Positions 1 through 9,459 of a stretch of 49,781 nucleotides of DNA are shown in pieces (position 1 is the first letter of the stretch; every line of letters begins with the position of its first letter). The position numbers and the translations under genes were made by a program. Origin of the DNA: an uncultured Rickettsiales bacterium (GTDB taxonomy: Bacteria; Pseudomonadota; Alphaproteobacteria; Rickettsiales; UBA8987); the NCBI GenBank assembly GCA_964564045.1, contig CAZLZP010000002.1, positions 27,927 to 77,707 of the forward strand, given 5' to 3'. The notes below the pieces were generated by a model. The model searched no databases, was not told the origin of the DNA, and worked only from the letters and a program-made list of their open reading frames with translations.

Positions 1-94
1 AGGCCGCCATCACTTGCCAGGCCCGAAGTTAGAACTTCTACGAAGCTTAACGGTTTTGCTTGTCCTCTTGTGCTAACGTACTTCATGAGTTGGC

Positions 95-1474
95 CTACTG
101 TTGTGGCTGCGAATTATTCTGCATTGAAGCCGGTACTTGTTGCAGAGAAGCAGGTGCAGCAGGAGCGGCAGGCTGTGCCGGTGCTGCCGGGCTTGCAGGA
201 ACATTAGCCGGTGCGGTTTCTGTTGCAGGGGCGCCTAAGTCTTTAGTGGCACCATTGGTAAGTTTGTCAAGATCAACTCCCAGGCCTTTGCCAATATCTC
301 TCAGCTGTTGAACTGCGCCACCAACATCACCTTTGTTGAAATCTATCTTTATATTTTCCAGTTTTATTTTTTTTGTCTGGTCAATAATAGTTTCTAAATT
401 ATTGATCATTGCATCACCGAATCTTGGGGCAAATTTTATATCATCGAACGTGCCATATATTATCAAAGGTATCTTAACCCGGGCTGAAGCCACATCAGCA
501 TCAACATCAACAGATAATTTAAGAGCGCTTTTAGTGATATCTACAATTCCCTGGCCGGTGATATTAGCGAACTGATTTGTTGCGTTAAGTTCTTCAACCC
601 TTATCGCGCCGTTAACTATATTGAACTTGCTGTCAGCATCTTTGATATCAATTTTCTTATCTTCATTATCAGTTAATTTTACTTCCTGCGGAGCGCCGAT
701 TATCTCGTTCAGATCAAGGCCGTATATTGCTGCTTCCTGAATTTTAACTGTGCCTTCGCCATTAAGAGAAGATTTCAGCTGTTCCGCATTATTGCCTTTG
801 GCGGTGATGCCCAATGTAACTGTACCTTGTCCTGAAAGCAGGTTGAACTCGTCATTATTAACTTTTCCGAACTCTATTATCCTTCGTATGTTCTCAATAT
901 CTTCCGACTGTATAACTGTCTGCAAAGATATGCTTTGCGCGTTACCTGTTCCGTTTATAACAAGATTACCTTTTGCGGTTGTTTGTTTATGAGTAATTTT
1001 AAAGTTACTTAAAGCGTATTTATTATCAGTGTGGCTGAAGTCGCCATTGGCTTTTATTTTTAGCGGCTTTTCAATATCCAGTTTTATTGGCGAGGTACCA
1101 TTCTTGTAGAAGTTCTCGTATTCTTTTATGTATATATGCCCTTCATACTGGTTATCACCGAAGAAGAAGGCAGTTTCAAAGCCAACGCCTTTGCCCATAA
1201 GATCGGCCGGGTTGAAGCCAAAGTGGAAATCTTTGAAGGTTTTTTTAGCGCCATCTTTGTACAGAATGTTCGCTTCAGGAACATTTACATAGGCTTTAGG
1301 AAAAAAGCCGAAATCTATATTTCCTACAAGTTTTAATTTTCTGCCGTCTGGTAGGGCTATCCTGTTCTCAACGAAGTTCTTAACTTGTTCCTGGCGCACA
1401 AAAACAGGAGCTGCAAGAAGCGCCACAACAAGAATAAGGATAGTGATCAATAATGTTTTAAAAATAATTTTCAT
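95..1474 (-). CDS. AsmA-family membrane-anchored protein with Pro/Ala-rich C-terminal tail
   Basis: 459-aa ORF. It has an N-terminal single TM anchor (LLITILILVVALLAAPVF) and a long beta-rich body with AsmA-like N- and C-terminal blocks (GNIDFGFFPKAYVNV; ITGQGIVDITKSALKLSVDVDADV). The tail is low-complexity PAAPAQPAAPAAPA. Confidence 0.6.
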   Translation of the reverse strand: MKIIFKTLLITILILVVALLAAPVFVRQEQVKNFVENRIALPDGRKLKLVGNIDFGFFPKAYVNVPEANILYKDGAKKTFKDFHFGFNPADLMGKGVGFETAFFFGDNQYEGHIYIKEYENFYKNGTSPIKLDIEKPLKIKANGDFSHTDNKYALSNFKITHKQTTAKGNLVINGTGNAQSISLQTVIQSEDIENIRRIIEFGKVNNDEFNLLSGQGTVTLGITAKGNNAEQLKSSLNGEGTVKIQEAAIYGLDLNEIIGAPQEVKLTDNEDKKIDIKDADSKFNIVNGAIRVEELNATNQFANITGQGIVDITKSALKLSVDVDADVASARVKIPLIIYGTFDDIKFAPRFGDAMINNLETIIDQTKKIKLENIKIDFNKGDVGGAVQQLRDIGKGLGVDLDKLTNGATKDLGAPATETAPANVPASPAAPAQPAAPAAPASLQQVPASMQNNSQPQQ

Positions 1475-1564
1475 ATCAGTGGGTTGTTAGGGGTGCATCT
1501 TTAATGTTAAACGCTTGATGAGTCAAGGGTTTTTAGGTAATGGTCGTTCAGGAACGCCCTCAGC

Positions 1565-2188
1565 CTATCTGAAGCTATTTTCAGCCCAGTTCTCGAAGGT
1601 AAGCTCTATTTTATCGGCATTTCCCGAAACTTTGGTGATCTCAGGGCTAATATCAATTTTCTCGAAGGGCTCTATATATTCCTGTGTTATTTTAAGCTGG
1701 TTATTGGCCATTATTCTGCCGCCCTGGCTTAAAACCTTAATCTTCATTGCGGGAAGCTTTATTCTTCTATCTGTGGTGTTTACTATGGAACCTTTAAGGT
1801 AAAAATCCAGCTTGTTATCAACCAAGTCACTTTCCACCTTGAACTTATGGAACCTTAGGCCGTTGTAGTCATCAAGTCCGAATTTTTGTGAAATGTTAGG
1901 AAATTTCTCTGGGGTTTTTAGTATCTCGGTAAGCCCTGAGGCAAGTAAAAGTACAGCTAGGCAGGCTGCGTAGGCAAACTTTATTTTAGGTTTTATTTTT
2001 GCGGGTAAATTATTACTTTCCTTGAATTCAACTTTAAGCAGGTTATCAAGCTGGGCCTTATCTATCTGCAATGGGGGTTGCATCCATATAGTTGCGCATT
2101 TTGAACACTTAACCTTTTTGCCGGTAGCACCAACGGCCTTTGCCGGTATGGCGAATGTAGTTTTACAATTAGGACAAGAAATAAGCAT
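1565..2188 (-). CDS. MJ0042-type zinc-ribbon (zinc finger) domain membrane protein
   Basis: The N-terminus MLISCPNCKTTFAIPAKAVGATGKKVKCSKCATIW carries CxxC...CxxC. A single TM segment and a C-terminal domain follow. This architecture is common in alphaproteobacteria. Confidence 0.7.
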   Translation of the reverse strand: MLISCPNCKTTFAIPAKAVGATGKKVKCSKCATIWMQPPLQIDKAQLDNLLKVEFKESNNLPAKIKPKIKFAYAACLAVLLLASGLTEILKTPEKFPNISQKFGLDDYNGLRFHKFKVESDLVDNKLDFYLKGSIVNTTDRRIKLPAMKIKVLSQGGRIMANNQLKITQEYIEPFEKIDISPEITKVSGNADKIELTFENWAENSFR

Positions 2189-2252
2189 TCGTTAGTTCAA
2201 AAAATTAAAATTAGTATCGCATGAATATATTTTATATATAAACTTGGAGCAA

Positions 2253-2966
2253 ATGAAATCATTAATTAAAAGTACAATAATATTATCAGAGCTGGTGAAG
2301 GCCTTCTTTAAGGTTATTTTTCAGTTCCTGTTCTGGACATTTACTAATCCGGTAGCTCTTCTGGTATTTGCAATAATAATAATTTCAGCCTTTTCGTGGA
2401 GTAGCGGTTTTCTGTTATATGTTAAGAACATCAACCAAACCCGTAACGAGATATTCTCTGAAACCCCTGATATCAGCACTAAAACTGACGCCATTGTGGT
2501 GCTTACCGGTGGCAGTGAGCGCATTAAGCACGCAATATTCCTTTTGAACCTTGGTTATGCCGATAAGCTTTTCGTTTCCGGGGTTAACAAAGAAGTTAAG
2601 CTTAATGAACTGCTGGTTCTTCATGGGTACAGTTCTTCACGGCAACCAGCTTTGGCCAGCAGGATAGAACTTGGCTACAGCGCTATAGATACCATCCAGA
2701 ACGCAGAAGAGATAGCTGCATGGGCAAAAAGGAACAATATAAAGTCAATCAGGCTTGTAACTTCCAATTACCATATGAAGCGTGCTGTTCTGGAAATAAG
2801 TGATGAACTTCCTGATGTAAAAATAATTCCCCACAGTGTTATACCTATTAATATCCGTATCGATAGATGGTGGAGTTACCCGCCAACACGTGATCTACTG
2901 CTTTCCGAATATAATAAATATTTAGCTGCCAACCTGCGAATTTTCCTTGAGAAATTTAGGCATTAG
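2253..2966 (+). CDS. DUF218 (YdcF/ElyC/SanA) family protein
   Basis: An N-terminal TM segment is followed by the DUF218 blocks IVVLTGGSERI and LVTSNYHMKRA. The ATG at 2253 follows a GGAG; the ORF track starts at an upstream TTG (2244). Confidence 0.75.
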   Translation: MKSLIKSTIILSELVKAFFKVIFQFLFWTFTNPVALLVFAIIIISAFSWSSGFLLYVKNINQTRNEIFSETPDISTKTDAIVVLTGGSERIKHAIFLLNLGYADKLFVSGVNKEVKLNELLVLHGYSSSRQPALASRIELGYSAIDTIQNAEEIAAWAKRNNIKSIRLVTSNYHMKRAVLEISDELPDVKIIPHSVIPINIRIDRWWSYPPTRDLLLSEYNKYLAANLRIFLEKFRH

Positions 2967-2982
2967 TCTATCTAATTCTGGC

Positions 2983-4545
2983 ATGAACATAACTGAAACA
3001 TCAAAAAAATCGAACCTTTGGGTTTGGCAACAGGCCTGGAAACTGAAAGAGCGTTTTGAAAAAGCGCCGCCCGCGAAAGGCTATGTACTATTTGAAACCG
3101 GCTATGGGCCATCTGGCTTGCCCCATATAGGCACGTTCGGTGAGGTGTTCCGTACCACAATGGTGCGTCGTGCGTTCGAGCAGATATCTGATATACCAAC
3201 AAAAATGTTCTGCGTTTCTGATGATATGGATGGTATGCGCAAAATTCCAGATAATCTGCCACAGCAGGAAATGCTGGCGAAATATTTAAATAAACCTCTA
3301 ACCGCCATACCAGACCCTTTCGGTACACACGAAAGTTATGGCAAGCATATGAATTCTCGTTTGTGTGCGTTCCTTGATAGATTCAATTTCGATTACGAAT
3401 TCAAATCGGCGACAGACCTATACAAGAGCGGTGCGTTCGATGAAAAACTTACGCTGGCGCTTAAACGGTACGATTCTATCATGAAAATAATGCTACCAAC
3501 ACTGGGTGATGAAAGGCAGCAAACATATTCTCCGTTCCTGCCGATATCGCCTACAACTGGTAATGTTCTTTATGTAAATACAAAACCAAACGCTGCGAAC
3601 GGCACAATAATATTCACTGATGAAGATGGTAAAGAAAAAGAGATCCCGGTTACAGGCGGTAACTGCAAAATGCAGTGGAAGCCAGATTTTGGCATGCGCT
3701 GGGCCGCTCTTGGCGTAGATTTTGAGATGTACGGCAAAGATCACCTTGTTAACGGAAAAATATATTCCGATATCTGCAAGGCGCTGGATGGTAAGGTTCC
3801 TCAGCAGTTCAACTACGAGTTATTCCTTGATGAGAAAGGTGAAAAAATTTCAAAATCTAAAGGTAATGGTATCTCTATTGATGAATGGCTGAAATATGGC
3901 ACTGAAGAAAGTTTGGCACTTTATATGTTCAACAATCCTCAGCGGGCCAAAAAATTACATTTTGATGTTATACCACAGCATGTTGATGATTACTTAAAAC
4001 ATTGCGAAAGCCTTACCAAGCAAACTGATGAGCAAAAAATTGATAACCCTTCATGGCATATAAATCAGGGCAAAGAACTGGCAGAAAAAATTCCTATCTC
4101 GTTCTCTCTGCTTTTAAATCTTTCCTCGGTCTCTAACCCTGAGCATAAAGATATGCTTTGGTCATTCATCGCGCAATATACCGAAGGTCTTTCACCGCAA
4201 ACTAATCCTTATCTCGATAAACTTGCGGCGCTAACTGTTAATTACTACAACGATTTTGTTAAGCCTAACAAAAAATATCATATACCGAACGAAGCTGAGA
4301 AGGCACTGCTACTGCAGCTTAAAGAAAGGCTGAAGCAAGCATCTGCAGAACTGACCAGTGAAGAGATACAGAAGGGCATCTACGATATTGGAATGCAAAG
4401 CATTTATAAGGAAAATCTGAAAGATTGGTTTAAGCTTATTTATATGGTATTATTAGGTAGTGAACAAGGCCCGCGTATGGGTTCATTCATAAAGCTATAT
4501 GGCATTGAAAACACCATTAAACTCATTGATGAAAAGGTTGGCTAG
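2983..4545 (+). CDS. lysK: Lysine--tRNA ligase, class I
   Basis: It has the class I LysRS signature GYGPSGLPHIGTFGEVFRT (HIGH-like) and KISKSKGNG (KMSKS-like). The start is moved to MNITETSKK (2983) to avoid an unsupported N-terminal extension that overlaps the upstream gene. Confidence 0.9.
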   Translation: MNITETSKKSNLWVWQQAWKLKERFEKAPPAKGYVLFETGYGPSGLPHIGTFGEVFRTTMVRRAFEQISDIPTKMFCVSDDMDGMRKIPDNLPQQEMLAKYLNKPLTAIPDPFGTHESYGKHMNSRLCAFLDRFNFDYEFKSATDLYKSGAFDEKLTLALKRYDSIMKIMLPTLGDERQQTYSPFLPISPTTGNVLYVNTKPNAANGTIIFTDEDGKEKEIPVTGGNCKMQWKPDFGMRWAALGVDFEMYGKDHLVNGKIYSDICKALDGKVPQQFNYELFLDEKGEKISKSKGNGISIDEWLKYGTEESLALYMFNNPQRAKKLHFDVIPQHVDDYLKHCESLTKQTDEQKIDNPSWHINQGKELAEKIPISFSLLLNLSSVSNPEHKDMLWSFIAQYTEGLSPQTNPYLDKLAALTVNYYNDFVKPNKKYHIPNEAEKALLLQLKERLKQASAELTSEEIQKGIYDIGMQSIYKENLKDWFKLIYMVLLGSEQGPRMGSFIKLYGIENTIKLIDEKVG

Positions 4546-5206
4546 GTTTTTAGCCGTACTGATTCTTCTATTTTCTTTTTCTACCGCTTCGTTTGCTGGT
4601 GGTCATGGTGGTGGCGGTGAAGGTGGCCACGAAAAAAAGAAAGAGAAACAGGTAGGTAATTTCTCGGAGAAAGAACTTGATGAAATGAAGCAAAGCCAGC
4701 TTCTGTATTATCTTTCAAATTCCAACTATCAATCATCGGAATATGCTGTAAATTATTTTACAGATAAGGGCGAGGCAGGTATCAGCCCGCTTATAAACCA
4801 TCTTAAGAAGAATGATGATAACGAAAAAATAATTTCTGCGGTGCTATATACATTCGGCAGAATTGGCCCGCGCGCAGCCCGTGCGGTGCCGGTACTGATG
4901 AAATATCTCGATCATGATAATGCCGATATCAGAAAAACTGCGGTGGCGGCGCTTGGTAAAATAGGTAAGGCATCAGACCCGGCAGTGCCAATGATATCAG
5001 ATTATTTGAATAACGAAAATGAATGGACGCGCGAGCTTGCCCATAGAAGTCTTAGAGAAATAGGTACACCGCAGGCTAAGGCCATTGCCAAGCAGTACGA
5101 GAAAAAACTTCAGCTTGAGGAAGAGCGCAAGAAAGCCGCACTTCTGGGTACAAAAATAGAGGAGAAAGTTAAAGAAGAGCCCAAGAAAGAAAAAGAGAAG
5201 AATTAA
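4529..5206 (+). CDS. Secreted HEAT-repeat protein with Gly/His-rich and Lys/Glu-rich low-complexity ends
   Basis: There is a signal peptide MKRLARFLAVLILLFSFSTASFA. HEAT/PBS-lyase-like repeats are visible (AVLYTFGRIGPRAARAVPVLMKYLDH; IRKTAVAALGKIGKASDPAVPMI; RELAHRSLREIG). Confidence 0.6.
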   Translation: MKRLARFLAVLILLFSFSTASFAGGHGGGGEGGHEKKKEKQVGNFSEKELDEMKQSQLLYYLSNSNYQSSEYAVNYFTDKGEAGISPLINHLKKNDDNEKIISAVLYTFGRIGPRAARAVPVLMKYLDHDNADIRKTAVAALGKIGKASDPAVPMISDYLNNENEWTRELAHRSLREIGTPQAKAIAKQYEKKLQLEEERKKAALLGTKIEEKVKEEPKKEKEKN

Positions 5207-6054
5207 CCCACCTCTGTCCACCATCCTGGATTTTTACTCAATATCGTATCTTTAGCTATTAAAGCCTTGTCCTTAGTTTCGAAAATGCCGAAGCAGGTTG
5301 CGCCGCTGCCGCTCATTCTGCTTAGCAGGCAGCCACTTTGCGCCTTAATAGAATTCAAAACATCGTTTATTTCCGGACATATTTTTTTGGCGTTATTTTC
5401 AAGGTCGTTCCGCGTTCCTTCCAGAAGGTCGAGCAAATTCTGAGTGGTTTTAAAGCTTAAGTTCTTTTTTAGTGGCGCGGTGTAAACGCCAAAACCCATT
5501 TTAAATATCTCGGCGGTGGAAACCGGTACAAGAGGGTTCACCAAAAGAATATTCAATTTCGGGAACTCACCAACATCTGCAAGAACATCACCTATGCCCT
5601 GCGCAAAACATGTTCTATCCATTATGCATGCCGGCACATCAGCGCCTAACCTGGCGCCAATTTTATATAGCTGCGATGCACTTAAACCCAATTTATAATT
5701 CTCGTTCAGGGCTTTTAATACTGTGGCCGCATTGGCTGAACCTCCGCCAATTCCAGAGGCAACGGGCAGGTTCTTTGTTAGTTTAAAATTCAGGTCAGGA
5801 AGTTTTGTTGAGTATAAAATCTTCAGCAGCGAGTAAGTTTTAAGAATTATATTCTGATTCAAATTTTCCTGTAAATCAGATCCAAACCTTCCTGTAACCT
5901 GTAACCTATCACCTGTTCCCTCAGTAATTTCTATCTCGTCATAAACTTCAGGAAAATAAAAAAGGCTTTCAAGATCGTGGTATCCATCAGGGCGTTTGCC
6001 AAGAATATGCAGGAATAGATTTATTTTGGCGCCAGATTTATAGATCGAACTCAT
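5203..6054 (-). CDS. ispE: 4-diphosphocytidyl-2-C-methyl-D-erythritol kinase
   Basis: It shows the AKINLFLHILGKRPDGYHDL and GHMP kinase PVASGIGGGSANAA motifs. The start is uncertain (ATG at 6054 or 6069, TTG at 6081). Confidence 0.85.
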   Translation of the reverse strand: MSSIYKSGAKINLFLHILGKRPDGYHDLESLFYFPEVYDEIEITEGTGDRLQVTGRFGSDLQENLNQNIILKTYSLLKILYSTKLPDLNFKLTKNLPVASGIGGGSANAATVLKALNENYKLGLSASQLYKIGARLGADVPACIMDRTCFAQGIGDVLADVGEFPKLNILLVNPLVPVSTAEIFKMGFGVYTAPLKKNLSFKTTQNLLDLLEGTRNDLENNAKKICPEINDVLNSIKAQSGCLLSRMSGSGATCFGIFETKDKALIAKDTILSKNPGWWTEVG

Positions 6055-6628
6055 CAGCGCCCATACCATTAACAGCTTCAACGCCTATTACTTCGGGAAT
6101 ATAGTGCTTAAGCATATTTTCTATGCCGCCTTTAAGTGTAGCGGTAGAACTAGGGCAGCCGCTGCATGCGCCGTGCATTTCAAGGTACACAACACCATCT
6201 TTAAAATCCTGGAATACAATATCGCCACCATCTTCGGCAACGGCAGGGCGTACGCGTGTATCTATCAGTTCTTTTATTTGTTTTACAATCTCAGAATCTT
6301 CAACGTTAGCTGTATCAGCCTTATTAATATTCTTTTTATCAGCGCTCATTACCGGCCTGCCGCTAATGTAATGTTCCATAACTGTTGTTAGTACATGCGC
6401 TTTCAGCATGGCCCAGTCGGAAGCTTCTTTTTTTGTTACGGTAATGAAATCGCTGCCGAAGAATATCTGTTCAACATCAGGAATTTCAAAAAGCACGGCT
6501 GCAAGTTCCGAAACACCTCTGGTATCATCTTTGCTTTTGAAGCTGGCGGTGCCAGACTCAAGTACGGTTTCACCAGGCATGAATTTCATGGTGTTTGGGT
6601 TCGGCGTTTTTTCAGTTTGTATGTACAT
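6038..6628 (-). CDS. NifU/Nfu-family Fe-S cluster scaffold protein
   Basis: It has an Nfu N-terminal domain (MYIQTEKTPNPNTMKF) and a C-terminal NifU domain with a CSGCPSS motif. Confidence 0.85.
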   Translation of the reverse strand: MYIQTEKTPNPNTMKFMPGETVLESGTASFKSKDDTRGVSELAAVLFEIPDVEQIFFGSDFITVTKKEASDWAMLKAHVLTTVMEHYISGRPVMSADKKNINKADTANVEDSEIVKQIKELIDTRVRPAVAEDGGDIVFQDFKDGVVYLEMHGACSGCPSSTATLKGGIENMLKHYIPEVIGVEAVNGMGADEFDL

Positions 6629-6665
6629 AGGCTTTATATAAGTAGTATATAGCACTAAGTCAACT

Positions 6666-7577
6666 CTACATAGGCTTATTTGCCTGTGTAAGTTCGGTAA
6701 GTTTGCGGATCTTTCTTCTTTCGTTTAGCACCGCGTAGAAGCCTGAGGATAGAATAACTACCGAGCCAAGAACGGCATTAACATCCATTTTCTCACCAAA
6801 GGCAATGTAAGCAATGCCGGCGCTGAAAACCAGTCTGGTGAAATCGAACGGAAGTAATACCGAGAAATCGGCGTAGGAAAGTGATTTTGCCAGTGAATAT
6901 TGCAGAACATTGGATATTGCTGCAATACCAAAAACCCATCCATATGCTTCCAGGCTGGGCTGGTTCCAGTTCATGAAAGCCAGTGGGGCGGTAAGTATTA
7001 TCATTATGAATGTCATATAAAAAGTAGTTTGAATAGGGGCTTCGGTCTCTGAAAGTTTTTTGATGATGATACCGGAAAGGGCCCAGAAAAAAGTGCATAC
7101 AAGCATTGGCAGCATATGCACGCTGAACGCATCAGTGCCTGGCTGCATAACTATTAGAACCCCAATGAATCCAACGAACAAAGCGAATATCTGATGAACG
7201 TTCATTTTATCTCTGAAGAAGTAAACCGCCAGTATTGCGGTGAACAAAGGTGCGGTGAACGATATGGCCGTAACCACCGAAACATTCATTACCGAAAGTG
7301 AGTGGAAGAAGATCATCATGGAAAGCAGGCCGGTGGTAGAGCGCAGAAAATGGAGTTTTATTCTATTGGTTCTGAATTTTGCAAAGCCGATGTAGAAAAC
7401 AATCGGCAGAAAGATAAGGAAGGCAAAAACATTTCTCAGGAAGATTATCTGTGCGGTTCCAAGTTCAACCGAAACCTCTTTCACCATATTTACCATTATA
7501 CCTGAAGAAAGGCATGAAAGCAGGGTCCAGAAGATACCTGCCGCTACATTCTTACTGTGCTTTCGATGGAGGCTCAT
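6666..7577 (-). CDS. DMT (EamA) family transporter
   Basis: It is a polytopic membrane protein of about 10 TM segments with duplicated EamA-like halves. Confidence 0.8.
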   Translation of the reverse strand: MSLHRKHSKNVAAGIFWTLLSCLSSGIMVNMVKEVSVELGTAQIIFLRNVFAFLIFLPIVFYIGFAKFRTNRIKLHFLRSTTGLLSMMIFFHSLSVMNVSVVTAISFTAPLFTAILAVYFFRDKMNVHQIFALFVGFIGVLIVMQPGTDAFSVHMLPMLVCTFFWALSGIIIKKLSETEAPIQTTFYMTFIMIILTAPLAFMNWNQPSLEAYGWVFGIAAISNVLQYSLAKSLSYADFSVLLPFDFTRLVFSAGIAYIAFGEKMDVNAVLGSVVILSSGFYAVLNERRKIRKLTELTQANKPM

Positions 7578-8334
7578 TCTTTTTGACGATACTTGATTTG
7601 TAATATTCGTAATTTTCGTCGTTATCTATATACTGTTTATATTCCTGTATCTGAGGTTCAATATCCTGTTTAAGTTTTTTGAAATCATCTCTAAAACTCT
7701 CAGGTACATATTTTGTGGCCTCGTTCGCGCCGTAGAATATTGCAATGCCTATTAATATGCATACTAACCACGAAAACAGGCCAAGTAGTTTTCCTAGCAG
7801 CATCATAAGCCCGTCTTTTTCTATCATTCCGAAGGCGATAACAATTATAGCTGCGGCCGGAAGTGTGTTTGAAAGAGGGAAGGGAAGCATTATAGGTATA
7901 TTCAGCAGTAGAATGAATATGCCGGTGAATATCTCGTACCTTCTGCTGTTAGAAATGCCGGGAAGCCTTTCTTTCAGAAGTTTTTCAACAAACCTTAGTA
8001 TCGGCAGGGCCTTTGAGACAACCTTTCTAAACATACTAATGCTAAGTTCTTTTCTAAGTATCCATTTAGGAAGCCATGGGCTATCAACGTTAACCGTAAG
8101 CTGGTAAGCAAAGAAGAATATTGGCAGCGACATTGCGGTGCCAAGCCCGGTAGGCACAGGAATTGGTATTAGAAGCGGTAGTGAGAATATAATAAAAAGA
8201 ACACCAAAGCCACGCTCGTGCATGGCGCTTTTTATCTCGCCGATAGAAATTTTGTCTCTTGCATGGTTATTGGCAAGGTTCTCAAAAAGCTCAGAAGTGC
8301 TACTTAAATGATTATTTTTAGTTATTTCTTGCAT
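7552..8334 (-). CDS. ExoD-family (exopolysaccharide synthesis) membrane protein
   Basis: It carries the block ISIGEIKSAMHERGFGVLFIIFSLPLLIPIPVPTGLGTAMSLP...SPWLPKWILRKEL, which is typical of ExoD. Confidence 0.75.
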   Translation of the reverse strand: MQEITKNNHLSSTSELFENLANNHARDKISIGEIKSAMHERGFGVLFIIFSLPLLIPIPVPTGLGTAMSLPIFFFAYQLTVNVDSPWLPKWILRKELSISMFRKVVSKALPILRFVEKLLKERLPGISNSRRYEIFTGIFILLLNIPIMLPFPLSNTLPAAAIIVIAFGMIEKDGLMMLLGKLLGLFSWLVCILIGIAIFYGANEATKYVPESFRDDFKKLKQDIEPQIQEYKQYIDNDENYEYYKSSIVKKNEPPSKAQ

Positions 8335-8386
8335 ACGGAAAGTCTTATAGATAACTTACGCGAAACTGTCGATAAATATATTTTAC

Positions 8387-9085
8387 ATGGATATTAAATT
8401 AAATCTTGAAAGCCTTAAAAACGACATTGCCGCTATTTGTAAAAATTGTGGGCGTGATCCATCCGAGGTGAAACTGGTTGCTGTTTCTAAAACAAAGCCT
8501 GTTGAAATGATAAAACAGGCATATGAATGTGGAGTAACAGATTTCGGTGAGAATTATATTCAGGAGGCGGAAGGTAAAAGTGAGCTGCTGAAAGAAACCG
8601 ATATCAAATGGCATGTAATAGGTCCTGTTCAAACCAACAAAGTAAAACACATAACCAGGTTCTGTTCATTACTTCATTCTTTAGATAGGGAATCGCTTGC
8701 CGATGCTCTCCAAAAAAGGCTCGAGTTCGAGAACAAAACTTTAGATACACTGATTCAAATTAATACATCTGGCGAAACAACTAAATCGGGAATATCTCCC
8801 GAGAATATTTTTGATCTGGCAAAGTATATTTCTACCAAAGACAGGATAAAAGTTAAGGGTCTTATGACCATTGCCGAGAACACAGATGATGAAAATGAAA
8901 TTAGAAAAAACTATAAGCAACTCAAACAGATATTTAATGAACTTAAAGTAATACATTATAGTAATTTTGATATAAAAGAACTTTCAATGGGAATGAGTGG
9001 TGATTACAAAATTGCCATAGAAGAAGGTGCAACCATAGTTAGAATCGGCTCAACAATTTTTGGTGCTAGAGATTCTAAAAAATAG
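8387..9085 (+). CDS. yggS: YggS-family pyridoxal-phosphate homeostasis protein
   Basis: It contains KLVAVSKTKP (PLP lysine), WHVIGPVQTNKVKH, ELSMGMSGDY and the C-terminal RIGSTIFG. Confidence 0.9.
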   Translation: MDIKLNLESLKNDIAAICKNCGRDPSEVKLVAVSKTKPVEMIKQAYECGVTDFGENYIQEAEGKSELLKETDIKWHVIGPVQTNKVKHITRFCSLLHSLDRESLADALQKRLEFENKTLDTLIQINTSGETTKSGISPENIFDLAKYISTKDRIKVKGLMTIAENTDDENEIRKNYKQLKQIFNELKVIHYSNFDIKELSMGMSGDYKIAIEEGATIVRIGSTIFGARDSKK

Positions 9086-9108
9086 GATGTATATATACTT
9101 AAAAAATT

Positions 9109-9375
9109 ATGACTGAAACCAATACAAATACTGAGCAAATAACTTCTGGGAAAAAGCCCAATGCGGTTGAAAGATTTATTGTCAACAACACCCCGGCTTT
9201 TGTAAAGCGCGCAGCCAACTGGCTTATAGATAAGCTGCCTGAAAAATGGGGTAACTGGATACGCCAGAACAAATTCTTCACTATCTGTATTGTATACACA
9301 ATACGCGGCCTTTTCTTCCGCCCTTCCATGTGGGCCGTTTATGCTGCCATTTTTGCCTATTTTGGCTTGAAATAA
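9109..9375 (+). CDS. Hypothetical small membrane protein (88 aa)
   Basis: It is an ORF with a polar N-terminal half and a hydrophobic C-terminal segment (FFTICIVYTIRGLFF...WAVYAAIFAYFGL). There is no clear SD and no recognisable family. Confidence 0.35.
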   Translation: MTETNTNTEQITSGKKPNAVERFIVNNTPAFVKRAANWLIDKLPEKWGNWIRQNKFFTICIVYTIRGLFFRPSMWAVYAAIFAYFGLK

Positions 9376-9411
9376 TCCATAAATATCAAATAGATAAAAT
9401 ATCCATCTGGT

Positions 9412-9444
9412 GTTAACCATTTGTTAACACTTTTGTGGTATAAT
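9412..9444 (+). promoter_or_regulatory. Composite promoter, copy A: GTTAACCATTT-GTTAACACTTT-TGTGG-TATAAT
   Basis: A tandem 11-mer direct repeat is followed by 5 nt and an extended -10 (TGGTATAAT). It lies 15 nt upstream of the ATG at 9460. The geometry matches the other four copies. Confidence 0.8.
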
Positions 9445-9459
9445 CAAAGCAGGCATTCT

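Noticed and set aside
60-311. 83-aa plus-strand ORF rich in Ala, Gly and Cys
   Set aside because: It is antisense to the Pro/Ala-rich tail of the AsmA-like gene. The low-complexity composition simply mirrors the opposite strand, and there is no start context.
2584-2601. GTTAAC-N6-GTTAAG inside the DUF218 gene
   Set aside because: The spacing is 12 bp rather than 11, the second half-site is degenerate, no -10 follows, and it is intragenic.
9421-9459. TTG starts given by the ORF track at 9421 and 42998
   Set aside because: Both TTG codons lie inside the conserved composite promoter, upstream of the -10 box, so they cannot be on the transcript. The first ATG after the -10 was used instead (9460 and 43040).
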